Shown: positions 1 to 13,000 of the stretch, in pieces
Numbering within the stretch: the first letter of the stretch is position 1
Layout of the letters: each line of letters opens with the position of its first letter
Source of the DNA: Rhizaria sp. SCN 62-66
Lineage: Eukaryota
Assembly: GCA_001724265.1 (NCBI GenBank)
Contig: MEDY01000079.1
Location: 1 to 64,000, forward strand
Length of the DNA stretch: 64,000 bases
Direction of reading: 5' to 3'
Notes under the pieces: generated by a model
Database searches by the model: none
The model's input: the letters and a program-made list of their open reading frames with translations, nothing else
What the model was told of the DNA's origin: nothing
Translations under genes and position numbers: made by a program

Positions 1-351
1 CGATGGAATACTTCGCTCGTAGTGAAATAGAAAAGTGCGCACCAGGGCGCGAAAATCGCGGAAAACACGTTTTTCCATAAACCTCTACATCAGGGGTACG
101 TAAGTTTATCAAGTGCGCGCGAAGCTTGGTTTAAGGTTTTGATTGTTTATTTTGGTGGTTATTAGGGTTATTTGATTTGTAGGTATTGATTGAAATTACT
201 TGGTAGTATTCCTGCTGTTTGTTATTCACGCGACAGCAGCCCTCGCTCTATTTATCACATTGATCCTTGTTGTTGCCGTACGTTGTTGTCATACGACAAC
301 GTTTTCGTCGTCGTTGCACTGATGCTCATCGCTCGCTTCTTTCTTCTTCAC

Positions 352-1464
352 TTAGAAGACGACGGTGTCGAGCATGGAGCCGAGCGTCTGGGAGATGTTA
401 TTGGCGAACACGTCCTCAACGGCCTCCTCGAGGTGCTTCTTGGGGTCGAGCTTGCCGGCCGAGGCCACCAGCACCTGCAGCGCCGTCTTGCCCTCCTCCT
501 CGTCGAGGCGGCGCTGGTACTCGCGCACGTGGCCCAACATGCGCTCCAACGCCTTGGCGTTGGCGCGCGCGTGCTCTTCCCAGTCACGCAGCGTGAGGCC
601 GCGAGACCACGAGTGCTTGTGCAGCGCGAGCAGCATCGACTGCTCGAGCGCCGACTTGCGCGAGTCGATGTTGACCGAGTAGTAGTGCCGGTTGAGGTTG
701 TGCATCAGCGCCTGCATCGCAGGCTTGCGCAGGTGGCCCAGGTTCGACGTCGTCTGGCGCGGCGGCAGCCCCATCATCATGCTCTGCTGCGAGATGGTGC
801 GGAAGGCGTCCATGACGACCTTGCCCTTGACGGACTGAATAGGGTCCACGACCACGGCCACGGAGCGCTTGTTGAGCTGCTCGAATGACTGCTGCGTGTT
901 GACGTCGACGCCCGAAAGCCAGCAGCCGAGGCCGGGGTGCGAGTGGTACCAACCGACGACGAGCTCGCCGCGGTTCGTCTGCTTGAGCATCTCGACCATG
1001 TTGGTCTGGAACACAGGGTCGACGGCCTCGACGGACACGGCCGTGCCGGACTGCGGCATCGCGAAGACGTCGACGACCTTGACCGTGTAGTCGTCCACAA
1101 ACTCACCCAGCATCAGACCCATCACCTCCATCGGCACGCCCGCGCGGCCGTGCTTCAGCATCTGAGCGAGAGGAGCAAGAGAAAACGAGAAGAGAAGATT
1201 GATGGGCAAGTGAGTGAAATGAGACAAAAGCACAAGGAAGAGTGATAGTCAGAAATATGAATTCGTGACTGTGAGGTATATGAGGCAATCGTATATTCGA
1301 GCAAAGTGAGACAGCGGACGCGAGAGCGCGTTGTGAGGAAGCAAGCGAACCTTGATGAGAGCGAGGGAAGAGATGTGGATGGTCTCTGCAGTGTCGGGCA
1401 GGCTGACATTGGCAGGAGCACCGGCGCCCATACCACGACCCCCGAAAAGAGACTCAAGGTTCAT
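352..1464 (-). CDS. RPN11: 26S proteasome lid deubiquitinase RPN11/PSMD14 (JAMM metalloprotease), 307 aa, 2 exons
   Basis: Exons 1464-1351 and 1161-352, with intron 1350-1162 (GTTCGC...CTCAG, phase 0). The join gives [38 protein letters not shown] motif [19 protein letters not shown] and [13 protein letters not shown] are present. Stop TAA. Confidence 0.97.
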
Positions 1465-1941
1465 CTACACAGGCGGCAACGCGATAAAAGAGGTGACAGC
1501 ACACGGGTACAAGAAGAAAAGGCAGAAGCAGGGCGAAAGAGTGAGATTGAATGTCATCAAAGTGGTGGGTCAACGGATCGGCTGAGTCTGCCGTCCATAC
1601 ACACCCTTCCGTAGGTCTGGGCAAAATCGCAAAGAAATGCTGAAGAGATCACGCAACAATACCCACAATGCAGCAGCACAGGCCTAAACAGACGCGAAAT
1701 ATATCACAATCAAGAAGTTATTTTGATCCTACCACAAAAGAGCAGCTGAGAGCTCGATCTGTGTGTGGACCGAGAAAAATAACTGAATTTCAGCCAGCTC
1801 TCCGGCTGCTCGTCGACCACGACTGCAACAAAGAGTAAAGCGGACCGAACGAGCGTGGTTCGGAGTCACATTGGTGGGGTTAGCGACGATAACCCGGTGT
1901 CTTAAGATCATTTTGGATCCAGAGACAACTCATTCTCTACT

Positions 1942-3120
1942 ATGTCAAGTGTACGTTTTCTCCACAACTTGTTCGACACCATAACGAAGATGTTTTAGTT
2001 TTCTCTTGAACGACGTCGCTGATGAGAGGTCAAGGCCCTTGACTCACTTTGCCTCGTTTACGTCCAACTTTGTGATCCAATAACGCAGAGCTCCGGAAAC
2101 AAGGACGTTGAGGGCACTGCCCCGCTGCTGCCGACTTACTCCGGCCACCAGAGCGACGCGGCGCCGCCGGTTGCGCACGGCCACAACGACCCCAGCCTGC
2201 CTGTGGTCTCGGCCCCCGCCGCCGCGCCCTACTACGGCGCCCCCGCCGGCTACCAGTCTGGCCACCCCGCGCCCTACGGCTCCGCGCCCGGCTACCCGCA
2301 GCAAGGCTATGCGCCCCAGCAAGGTTACGCACCGCAGCAGGGCTACGCGCCGCAGCAGCCGCAGCAGCCGCAGCAGCAGCACCCCGGCTACCCGCAGCAG
2401 CAGTACCAGGGCAACTACGCGCCGCAGCAGCAGTCGCCGCACGGTGCGCCGCAGGTGGCGTACCCCGCGCAATACCAGTACCCCCAGCAGCAGCCGCAGC
2501 AGGGCGGCTACCCCACGCAGCAGCAGCCCCACCAGCCGCAGCAGCTGCAGCACGCGCAGCCCGTTAACGGCCACCCCCCACAGCAGTACCCCCAGCAGCC
2601 GCCGCAGCAGCAGCAGGGCGGCTACCCCGGCCAGCAGTACAACCAGCAGCACCCGCAGCAGTTTTACCCCCAGCAGCAGCAGCAGCAGCAGCAGCGCACG
2701 GTCGTGGTCAACGGCCAGGCCGTGATGGCCGGCGCGGGCTCCCCGGTTGTGGTGATCCGCAACCAGTACGTCATGCCGCCCTGGCGCGCCATCATGCTCA
2801 ACGACTTCTGCGGCTGCTTCGACGACATGGGCACCTTCTGCCTTTCGCTCTTCGTCGCGCCGTGCCTCGCGGGCCACAACCAGGAGCGTGTCGGCGACAA
2901 CTGCCTCATCGCGTGCCTCTGCTACCCTTTCTGCGCCGGCTGCCAGCGCTCCCGCGTCCAGGTCGCGCTCGGTGCTCCCGACTCGGGCTGCTGCCTTAAC
3001 TGCTGCATCCACTACCACTGCGGGCCCTGCGCGCTCACGCAGGAGGCGCGCGCCATCAACGCCTGGGTCATGGCTGGCTCGCCGCCCGCCGTGCCCCCCG
3101 CTGTCGTCGTCGCCATCTAA
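1942..3120 (+). CDS. PLAC8/cornifelin-family Cys-rich protein with a Q/P/Y/G-rich N-terminal low-complexity region, ~346 aa
   Basis: 9-nt coding first exon ATGTCAAGT (1942-1950), intron 1951-2088 (GTACGT...GCAG), exon 2089-3120. The C-terminal [25 protein letters not shown]...[19 protein letters not shown] matches the PLAC8 pattern. Stop TAA. Confidence 0.85.
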
Positions 3121-3171
3121 GTCCGCCCTCGTCGTCTAAGTACTCGTTCCATGTGTTTGTCATTCAACCAA

Positions 3172-3185
3172 AGAGAGAGAGAGAG
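3172..3185. repeat. Short (AG)n microsatellite in the PLAC8-gene 3' region
   Basis: agagagagagagag is seen directly. Confidence 0.7.
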
Positions 3186-4895
3186 GGAAATGAGTGCATT
3201 GAAGCTTTATTGAGCGCATCTGAGCAACACGCATACTATTGTCAGCACATTTAGGCGCATATATTCAGCGTTGTATCTCAGCGCGCCGTTGCTGTTAAAC
3301 TCGCACCGCTCTCTCCGTCATCCTCTCAAATCACTTTTGAAATAACACACAGACAGGAACACATCTGAACACATTTCTCTGTTTACGCAGAGTCAGTCTT
3401 TATCCCACAACCACCCTATCACACCAACATTGCCCAGTCACAGCCACCGCTAGCAACAGTCTCAGTCATCCCTCAGTCAGTCCTCCGTCCGTGTCAATGT
3501 CAGGGTTGCGTTGTCCGCGCTCGGTGGATGCGTGCGGCGCTCGCGATCGTGCTTTATGACTCGACTGAACTGCCAGACTCGGCCCGCGTGACATCCAGAA
3601 TGCAGCAGACTGCTTCTTGTCCACTTCTAACAGCAAGCGGGCTGGAGATAGCACTGTTTTAGTGCCGGTTAGGCGGAGACTTTTTCGTTGTTGATGGGAG
3701 TTGTTGTCAGACTACCATCTGCTATATTTGTACCTTTCTTTTAGTTCCTGTATTCTTCCTTCGTTCGTTTTTTTTTTTTTCTTCTTTTTGCGTTCGTTTT
3801 CTTGCTTCTTACAGCTGTGATCACACTCTTGAGCGTCTCCTTTTGACTTACTCGCTAGTTTAAAGTACATGTATACCTACTTGTTTCTGTGTTTCCCAAT
3901 TCATATTTGAAATCTTGTTCGTATACCTGTCACAATGTCTGTTCACAAGTTGCATACACATCTATTTTCACCAGTCCGCCCTCGTCATTTATTGAGCGCG
4001 ATTTAGAGCAACGAGTCGACGCCGCGAAGCAATCTTCGAGCACTTTTTGGAGGGTAGGAGTGGGTAGGTAGTGTGCCCGACAGAATCGCCTGTATACCCT
4101 CGGCGATTTTTGCAAGGATAAATCCAGGTTGATTGTCACTGGCTGACCCGCAAGGCGCCTTATTATTGAGCGCAAACGCGGTAGCGACTCGGCAAAACGG
4201 CAAAGCAGAGGATGGTCAGGCATGTGATGTTAGTCCGAAAACGGACGGGCTTAAGAATCCCGGCCTTTTACGCGTTGTTCGACGACGGGGAACGGGTTTA
4301 AAGCTCTTTATCAGTTCTTCGAGGACCTGATAACGCTATTGCGCCTGTTATTTTGCTCTGTCAACCCGACTGTAGAGATGCATTACCTCCGAGAGAACTC
4401 ACATTCTCGAGGGTATGACTCCTCGCACACTTTGCCGAGGACATCGTGACACCAAAACTTATTCTCCGCTCTTAACAATTCGCTGAATGGACGAAATCAC
4501 TCGTGTTTTATCTGCAAACTAAGCTAAAATGCTCGTTACTTTTGCTTCTTTCATGCATACTTCTGGTTTTGTCTGGTTGTGAGGCTTGTCAGCGTCACTG
4601 CGTCTTGATCCACCTATATTTTGTCGAATAGCGCATTCATACTACAGTTAGTATTGCATTACCCCGTGTACAAACGTCTGTTTGATGTTGTGAGCGCATC
4701 ACAATAGGATTCTACCCCGTAGCGCAATGTTCGGCGCTTTGTTTTTTATCGTCTTTTTTTGATAACCGTGTTGTTACTCGTGTTACTGCCATCCACCAGC
4801 TCCCATCTCACCTTACTCGACAGCCTCTTTTTTCTTCTTTTCATACCGTAAGACTACCTAACCTCAAACACGCCGCACTAGGCAGCTTTGCTGTT

Positions 4896-7800
4896 ATGCT
4901 GAGCTCTCAAACCCCTGTGTCAGGTTCCGACGGCTCCGGCGTCGCCGCCGCGCCAAGCGCGCTGGCTTCCCTGCCACAGCCTCCCGCGCTCGACCAGTGT
5001 CAGCATCTCGCCAGCGTCAGCACTGCCTCTGTGGGCGCCGGCGACCCGTCGCCCGTGCTGTGCGGATTTTCCTCCGCGCCCGCCTCGATCGTCTCTGGCA
5101 CGTGCTCGCCGCTCGCCCCGGGCTCAACGGCCAATTCCGCCTCCGACACCACACCGACGACTGCGGTCACCGTCGCCGCCGCCGCTGCCGCCGCTGCGCA
5201 CGCCCACGCGCAGGCCCACGCGCAGGCGATGGACCGGCACTCGCTCGACGCGCTGGCCGCCGCCGCCGCCGCCAGCGCCGCCGCCGCCGCGAGCATGCCC
5301 AGTCTGTCGCAACTGCCCCAGGCGCTGCCGCAGCAGGCGCTACATGGCGCCCTGTCGCTGGAGCAGCTCATGGCCGCCGCGCAGCTTGCGCATTAGCATC
5401 AACAACAGCATCAACAACAACAGCAACAACAACAACACCAGCAGCAGCACCAGCAGCATCAGCAGCACCAGCAGCATCAGCAGCTGCAGCTGCAGCAGTT
5501 CCCCCAGAACCAGCAGCACTTCTCACTGGCCGCACAGGAGCTCGCGGCCGCCGCGTCCCTGGCCGCCGGCAGCAACGGCTTCGGCCAGTCCTACGGCCCG
5601 TTCTCGCACGCCGCCCAGTCCGCCACCGCCGCAGTGCAGCAAGCGCAGGCCGCTGCAGTGCAACAAGCAGCGGCGCAGCAGGCCGCGGCGGTGCAGGCGG
5701 CGCAGTGGCACAGCTCGCGCTCGCGCAGTCGGGCTTCGCCACCGCTGCCGCAGGCTCCGGCGCGGGCACCTGTCCCACCACGGGCTCCGGCCTGGGCATG
5801 GGCTCTGCCATGGGCTCGGGTATGAGTAGCGGCATGGGCTCTGGGTTGGGCGTGAATTCGGGCTTCGACACGCAGACGTTTGCCGCCCAGCAGCACTTCG
5901 CGGCCACCCTCGCGGCCCAACAGGGCTTTGCGGCCCAGCAGCAGCAACAGCAGTATGCGCAGTCGCACGCGTTCTCGCAGCAGGCCGCGACCGCCGCAGC
6001 CATGGCTGCCGCAGCCGCGGCGGCGCTGCCTGGCGGCTCTTTCGCAGGCGCTGACTTTCCCTTTAACAACAACAACAATAACAATAACAGCAACGGCCGC
6101 AGCTCGAGCCTCGGTGACGGCGCGTTTGGCGGCTCTTTCACCGGCTCTCTCTCCGGCTCCGGCTCCGGCTCTGGCTCCGGCTCTGGCTCCGGCGCGAGCC
6201 CTGTCCCCGGCGAGCCCGAGACTGACAGCAACGCGCGCCGCCTCTTCCTGGGCCAGATCCCGCCCACCCAGGCCAAGAAGGAGCTCTTCTTCATGCTAGC
6301 TGAGTTCGGCCCCGTGGAGGAGCTGGTGCTGCTGCGCGACCGGAGCACGGGCGTGCACACGGGCGCCGCCTTTTGCACTTATCACCGCGCAGACTCGGCA
6401 CGCAGGGCCGTCGCCGCGCTGCACAACCGCGTGCGCCTGGCTGGCGCGAAGCAGAACCTCGTCGCCAAGATCTCCCCGCGCGAGCACCACGGCCACGGGC
6501 ACGGACCTGGGCACAGCAACAACCATGGGTACGGACACAACCACGGCCAGTTCGGGCAGCAGCAGCAGCAGCAGCAGCAGTTCCGCTTCAACAACCAGCG
6601 GTCTAACAGCGGCATGAAGCAGCAACAGCAGCAGTCCTTCCAGTCGGCGCAGCTGCAGCAGCAACACCAGCTGCAGCAGCAGATGCTCCAGATGCAGTTG
6701 CGGCTTGCCAGCGCTGGCGCCGGTGCCAACGCCACACGCTCCACCTCCAGCATTGGCTCTGTTCCCGGCGCTGGCGCTGGCGCCGGTGTGAACTTGGGCG
6801 CGGAGTCGGGTCTGCGCGCGTACCCCGCGGCGCACGCGCACCATCCCGTCCCCGGCGTCAGCGCCAGCGCCGGCCCCGGCCCCAACGGCTTCACAGCGCT
6901 GCCCTCTCTGAGCGCGACGGGCTCTCTCTCGCCCACTGGGAGCGCCGGCTCTGGCGCCAACCCGGGCGCGGGCGCTACGGCCCCGAACGCCACCGGCGCG
7001 GGCGCCGCGGGCGCGGGCGCCGCGGGCGGCTCGCACCCGCGCGCGCAGGGCCTGACGAAGCTCTTTGTGGGGATGCTCGATCCGCAGACGACGCCCGCGC
7101 AGCTGCACGCGCTCTTCGCGCCATTCGGCCCCGTGCTCGAGGCAATCGTGCTGCCGCCGGGCGCCAAGCATCGCACTTCGGGCTTCGTCAAGATGCCACT
7201 CGCCGCCGCGCGTCTCGCCATCGCCGCCCTCAACAACGCGCCCGCGCCCGGCAACGGCGCCGGCACTGTCGTGACGGGGCCGGGCGGGCTCGACGGCGGC
7301 GCGGGCGACGGGCCCGCCGCGGCGGCCGCGGGCCGCAGGCTCACAGTGCACGAGTCCTGGGACTCGGTCACCAACATGCAGCTGTGCAACAGCAAGAACA
7401 TCGAGCGCCGCTTTGCCGCGCGCGGCAACGACGCGCTACGCAGCGCTTCGCCGCTGGACGCCATCGAAACCAGCAACGGCAACAACCATGCGAACGCTGG
7501 CGTCGGCGTTGGTGAGAGTTCGGGCGATGACTTGTGGCCTCAGTCGACCTCCCCCTTCAGCTACTCCCAGCAGGGCCAGCAGGGCCACAGCCAGGGCCAG
7601 CGGTCGCTGAGCCCGAACCACCTGCAAGGCGTTGCGCGCGCGCGCTCGCACGCGGGCAGCCGCGGCGCGTCGTCCTCGCCGTTGGGCTACGCGATGCACG
7701 CCGGCGACGGAGGCACGTCAGCCGCCGCCGCAGCCGCCGCCGCTGCTGTCGCTTCCGACGTGTTCATGGCCAAGCAACAACAGCAGCAGCAACAGCAGCA

Positions 7801-8137
7801 GATGCTGCAGCAACAGTATTTCTACGCTCTCGCGGCTGCCGCCGCGGCCGGCAACAACCCCGATGGCAACCAGCAACAGCAGCAGCAGCCCGGCGGCTCT
7901 GACCAGGTCGACGGCAGCGCGCTCGCGGACGCGTTGCGCGCGATGTCGCTCATGGGCGGCAACGCGCCGCAGCAGCTGTCTCAGCAGCAGCAACAGCAGC
8001 AGGCTCAGGCGCAACAGCCGCAGAGCCAGCAGGGGCTGCAGTCGCAGATATTCTTCGGCGGCAACAACAACAATAGCAACAACAACAACACCACCAACAC
8101 CGGCGTGTGTGGCAACGGCAGCGGTGCGGCACCCTAA
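4896..8137 (+). CDS. CELF/Bruno-like RNA-binding protein with two RRMs and polyQ/polyA/polyN tracts; interrupted by an in-frame TAG (5394-5396) and a 1-nt frameshift (~5700)
   Basis: RRM1 RRLFLGQIPP...LRDRSTGVHTGAAFCTY (~6235-6480) and RRM2 TKLFVGML...GFVKM (~7054-7240). ATG 4896 follows CTAAC...CTAG, a branch point and acceptor-like element. The frame of 4896 keeps coding-style codon use past the TAG (HQQQHQQQ...) up to ~5700, then coding signal moves to the 4997 frame (AVAQLALAQSGF). Stop TAA. Confidence 0.78.
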
Positions 8138-10092
8138 GAACCGGGCGCGGCTAGTTTCTTCATGACGCTGGGCTAATTAGTTTGAGTGTAAGCCTGGGTT
8201 ACGTTTCGCGATGCGCCCGCCAATTAATAATTGGGCCGTGTGTGTGTGCAATGCTGTGAGCTCGCTGTGAGCCGGCGCTGCTGAGAAACGTAGGACGCCT
8301 TTGTGATTGATAATGATCCTGTGACTTTCTGCTTTTGAAGCTGGTTTTACTTCTCGCTAAACCTCCTCGTTGTGGGTCTTGTCTTTTTTCATCACTACGC
8401 ATGTTAGTCTCATGGTCGACTCTAACATTCTCCTTCTTTTTTGACATCCTGATCAACGCAACAACAACTTTGCCACTGTCGAAAGACTCACATACTAGTA
8501 GATTTGACTGCACCAACAAACTACAGACAAAATTGTCTCATTTAACGACCAAACCGTAATGACGATATGGCCCTAAAATTGCCCTTTCACGGCTCATTCT
8601 TTTCCCCCTTGCACAATGCGGTTTCTGTTTCTGCGAACCAGACGCGAGGTTTCTTCAAAATCTGGCTTCATTGTGGGTTATTGTCGTGAACATTTGTTTG
8701 TTTGTTGCATTCATCTGTATTTAATGTGGACTTCGATTTATTTATTCTCAAGTTTTGATTTCTTTCAACAAACTTATCAGCTTTATTTGCTAAAGTCGTT
8801 TCTTATTTTTTTTTCGTGACGTGTTAGTCTGTACGCGAGGTTCCTTACCCGCGAATGTGTCTTTCGTCTGTCCAGTGCTTTTTTTTTCAGTTCTCAATTT
8901 ATCTGTGCATTGTCTCGCTGTCTCCCATCCGTTATCATGCCATCTATGTCGACATGTCGTCAGTTTAGTTTACCCAGTGTTGAGCTACAGCTCACTCGCG
9001 CGCCACATGCCTTGTATCACACAGGCTCTCTCCACTTGATGGCACTCCTAGGACTGTCGTGGACCCCTGTTGTGTTGCTTTGCTCCTGCGTGCAGATACC
9101 TTTCAAGTGGTGGTTGAATTGAATATGTCAGACGTGTGGTCTTCATCGTGAAACGCACTCGGACCTCGGAACTTCGTTGTACTTAGTGTTGGAAATTTAT
9201 GTCCCTAATGCTTATTCTTTTCCCCAATGACTTTATTGGTCTGTTTTTCGAGTATCTTTTCAGTCGCAAAACCAGCGATTCTGTACAATCTTCACTATTT
9301 TGTCTATTATTTTCACCATTTCTCCTATTTTGTCATGTGTTTCTGCAGCTATGTGTCTCTTCCGCAGATGTGTGTAAAATGTGAGCTTCATATATTTGTT
9401 GTGGAGGAAAAGCGTGATATTAGCCTTACTATTTAAGTTCCACAATATCATACATTACAATTTTAATCGCAGAACGCTATGTTTTAAGACGATATCATCA
9501 TAACGTGTGCCAGTTTGGACCTTCGGCACTCTAGCATGGTCTGTCCCGTTTGTTCGGTGACACTCCCGACCGACGATCGATTGCTGACGGCTTGGGCTGC
9601 CTTCGTTTGATGAGCTTTAAGACAACTGTATCACCCCCTACAGGGGTGTAATTTGTCTATGTTTTTATTTACTGACAATTGTACATAATGTTGCACAACT
9701 ACGCTATTTGACGATCCAATTCCGGCACTTGAGCTTGTTCTTTCCCGTACACTCCAGACCTTCCATTCCCCCTTCTCCACGCGGATTCTGATGCCCACAA
9801 GGAGGCGAGAGGGGAACAGAGTAGGACAATAACCACCCCATCTTACCTTAATGCACCAGAATAACCGTAAAACGAACCTTTACTTTCCTTACCCAGTTTC
9901 TACCTCTGGATATCTTAGCTTAATAGGTCGCCACCCTCCTTCCCTTTGGAGACACGCGGTTCACTTTATCGCATCGACTGCCCACCCTTGACCCCAGGCA
10001 GTTGATATTCGACAAGGGCGCACGTGCGCTAAGCATTCCCCCGCTCTTTCTTTCTTCCCCTCCTCCACTTGCCCCCACGCGCCGCGGGCGCG

Positions 10093-13000
10093 ATGTCGGA
10101 GACATGGACGTGGATCTACGTCATGATCGCCGCCGAGGTGCTGGTCAGCCTCACGGTCGCACTGCTGCTGCTCTTCTTCTGCTGCCGGCGACCCAAACTT
10201 GACCCGCGCCTGGAGGACGCTGAGCGCGCGCACCGCTACAACTTGCGGCGGATGGCCAAGGCGCCTTCCATGGTGCCCGTTGCCACCACCGCGGTCTGGG
10301 TCTCGCGCCAGCAGAAAGAGGCGCAGCAGCAGCAGCAACAGCAACAACAGCACCTTCAGCTTCAGCAGCAGCAGCAGCAGCAACAGCAGGGCAAGACCGG
10401 TCCGTCCCCCGGCCTTGGCCCCCGCGGCGGCCGGCAGCTGCTCGTCGACGGCGCTCCCGCAGCAGCAGGTTTCGACCTCTCGCGATCCTCTGCCTCTGCC
10501 TCGGCGTCTGCCTCTGGCTCCGCGTCTGGCTCCGCGTCTGCGTCTGGCTCTGCATCTGGCTCTGCCTCAATGTTTCCCCAGGGCGCGTCGCCGCGTCCGT
10601 CGTTCTCGCTGGGCGCCGCGCTTGTGCCGCTGCTTTCTGCCCCCACCACAGCCTCCGCTTCAGCGTCCTCTGGCGCTGGCTCCGGAATCGGCGCTGGCAC
10701 TGGCGCTGGCGCTGGCGCTGGCGCAGTGATGGTCACTGGCGACGGCGACGGCGCCCCGCTTTCGCTCTCAGTTGACCCCCGTCTGGGCGCACATACAGCC
10801 TCTGGCGGCGCTTACGCAGCTGCACACGCCGCCGGCTTAGGCCTCGGCCTCGGTCTCGGTCTAAGTATGAGTGACCTCTCGCCCGGCAGCGCGTCCTCCG
10901 GCACGACCCCGCCCAGCGCCGGCGCCACCGGCACCGGCTCTGCCGCTCTGACTGGCGCTGGCGCTGACGGCGCGGCTGCCGCGGCGGCTGGGGGGGCCGC
11001 GGGGGAGCCTGACCCTGCGGGCGCGATCGTCGCCCGCGCCTACGCCGCCGCCAGTGTGGGCGGCGCGGCGGGCTTCGGCGCCGCCAGCGCGCGCCAGTCT
11101 CTCTCGCTCTCGCAGTCGATCCCGCATCCACACATGGCGCCGCGAGGCAGTCTCAACCTCGGCAGCAGCAGTAGCAGCAGTACAGGCGCCGGCGTGTTCG
11201 GGGCGCCGATCCGCGAGGCCGCGCCCGCCGCCGCGCCCGGACCCGGCGCGCAGCAGCCGTACGTGCTCTCGCTTGCCCCCATTGCGCCGGCGGCCGCGGT
11301 GTCACCTGCGACTGCGAGCGAGTCCGTCCTGACTGCGCCTGCGCCGTCGGCTTGGGTGGCCCCATCGCCTCTCACGCTTGATCCGCAGTCGCGGTCATCC
11401 GCGCAGTCATACGCGCAGTCGCCGTCGCAGTTCACTGCGCCAGCGCAGCCGGCGCGGCGCACGCGGATGGTGACCGTGACCAAGACGGTGTACCTCGTCG
11501 CGGCCGCGGAGGCGTCGTCGCTGCCCGGCTATGACGAGCTGGGCGTGCTGCAGGCCTCGTTGCGCCAGGCCGAGGCCGACGCCGACGCCGCCGCCGCCGC
11601 CGCCGTCGCCATTGCCGCCAACCGCGCCGTGCCCACCATCACGCTCGCGCGCCCTGGCTCTGCTTCCACCGCTGCAACTGGCCTAACTGGTCCCTCCGGC
11701 TCCGGCTCCGGCTCAGGGGTTGGCGGCGGCGGCGTCGGAGCGGCGACGGCGGGTTTTTCGGGCGGGCTGGTGCGCTGTCTGGCGTGCGCGCCGCCGCCGC
11801 CGCACCCGTTCCCGCTCTCCGTTGCGCGGCTGGCCGAGGACGTGGCGGGGCCAGACCCGTTCGCTTCGGCCGCCACGGCGCGCGCGGGCGCGGGCGTTGC
11901 CGCTGCCGCCGTCGCGGTCCACGCCGCGCTGCTGCTGCGCGCCACCGCCGTCAGTGCCGCCGCCGCCGCCGCGGGCGCGCGCGCCGCCCGCGCCGCCGCC
12001 AAGGCCGCCGTCGCGCGCGCCGTCGCAACATCTCCTGCCTCCGTGACTGCGGCTGCGAATGCTCTCTCCCTCACAAGTGCTCGCTACCCCGCGCTGCCCG
12101 CGCCGCCCCCGGCCCGCACGGCCGGCGCCCCTACCGCAAGCGTCTCCACTCCTGCAGCTACCTTTGGCTCTGGCACTGCCACTGACGCTGGCTCTGGCGC
12201 TGGCGCTGCTGCAGGTGGCTGGAGCGGGAGCTTCGCGCCGCCCGTGTGGGCCACCGCCGCCGCCACCGCTGCTGCGAACTCTGGAAACCCCGCCGCCGCT
12301 CCCGCCGCAGCGCCCTCTAAGGCCGCGGGCGCAGGCGCGGGCGATGTGGGGCTACAGATGCTGCAACAGCAGGGCCGCGCGGCGCGGCGCGCTGGCAGAC
12401 GCGCGGCGCGCGCGGCCCGACGCGAGGCGCGCAGGGAGGCGCGGCGCGCTGCGCGGCCCGCGCGGCACCCGCTGGCCGACACGCACCGCTTCCTCAGTCT
12501 GCTGCTGCCGCGGAGCCTCGTCTCGCTGCTGCCGCCGCCGCCCACCGCCGCCGGCACTGCCACCACGCGCGACGACCGCGCTGCGGCCTCAGCGTCAGCG
12601 TCAGCCTCGGCCTCGGCCTCCTCGGCGCCGGCGTCCGCGTCCGCATACGCGTCCTTCGCCTCGGCCTCGACGCCCGTGTCCGCCACCCGCGCCGGCTCTG
12701 CCTCTAGCGTCGGCGCTGGCGTCACCGCCGGGATTGGCGCCGACCCGGGCCCGCTGCTGTCGGCGCGACTGGCTGCGATCGGTGACGAGCGGCTGCTGGA
12801 AGAGATCCTCTCGTGTTTGCCGCCGCCGCCCGCCGCGCCCGCCGCGCTGCTAAGCGCCGACGCGCCGCTGAACGCATCCGTGGCCGCGGCCACCGGCGGC
12901 GCGCTGCGGCCCGGGCAGACGGAGTCGGTGTTCGCGCTGCCGCACCTCTCGCGCATGCCGCTGGCGTTCCTGTCGCTGCTGCGGACTTATCTGGCACACT

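Noticed and set aside
5690-5715. Programmed -1 ribosomal frameshift in the CELF-like gene
   Set aside because: There is no X XXY YYZ slippery heptamer. A consensus indel is more parsimonious.
8140-10060. Hidden gene or structured RNA in the long AT-rich spacers (also 3125-4890 and 57835-58725)
   Set aside because: I see only short ORFs with non-coding composition and no tRNA, snRNA or rRNA motif. An Infernal/Rfam scan would be needed to exclude ncRNAs.
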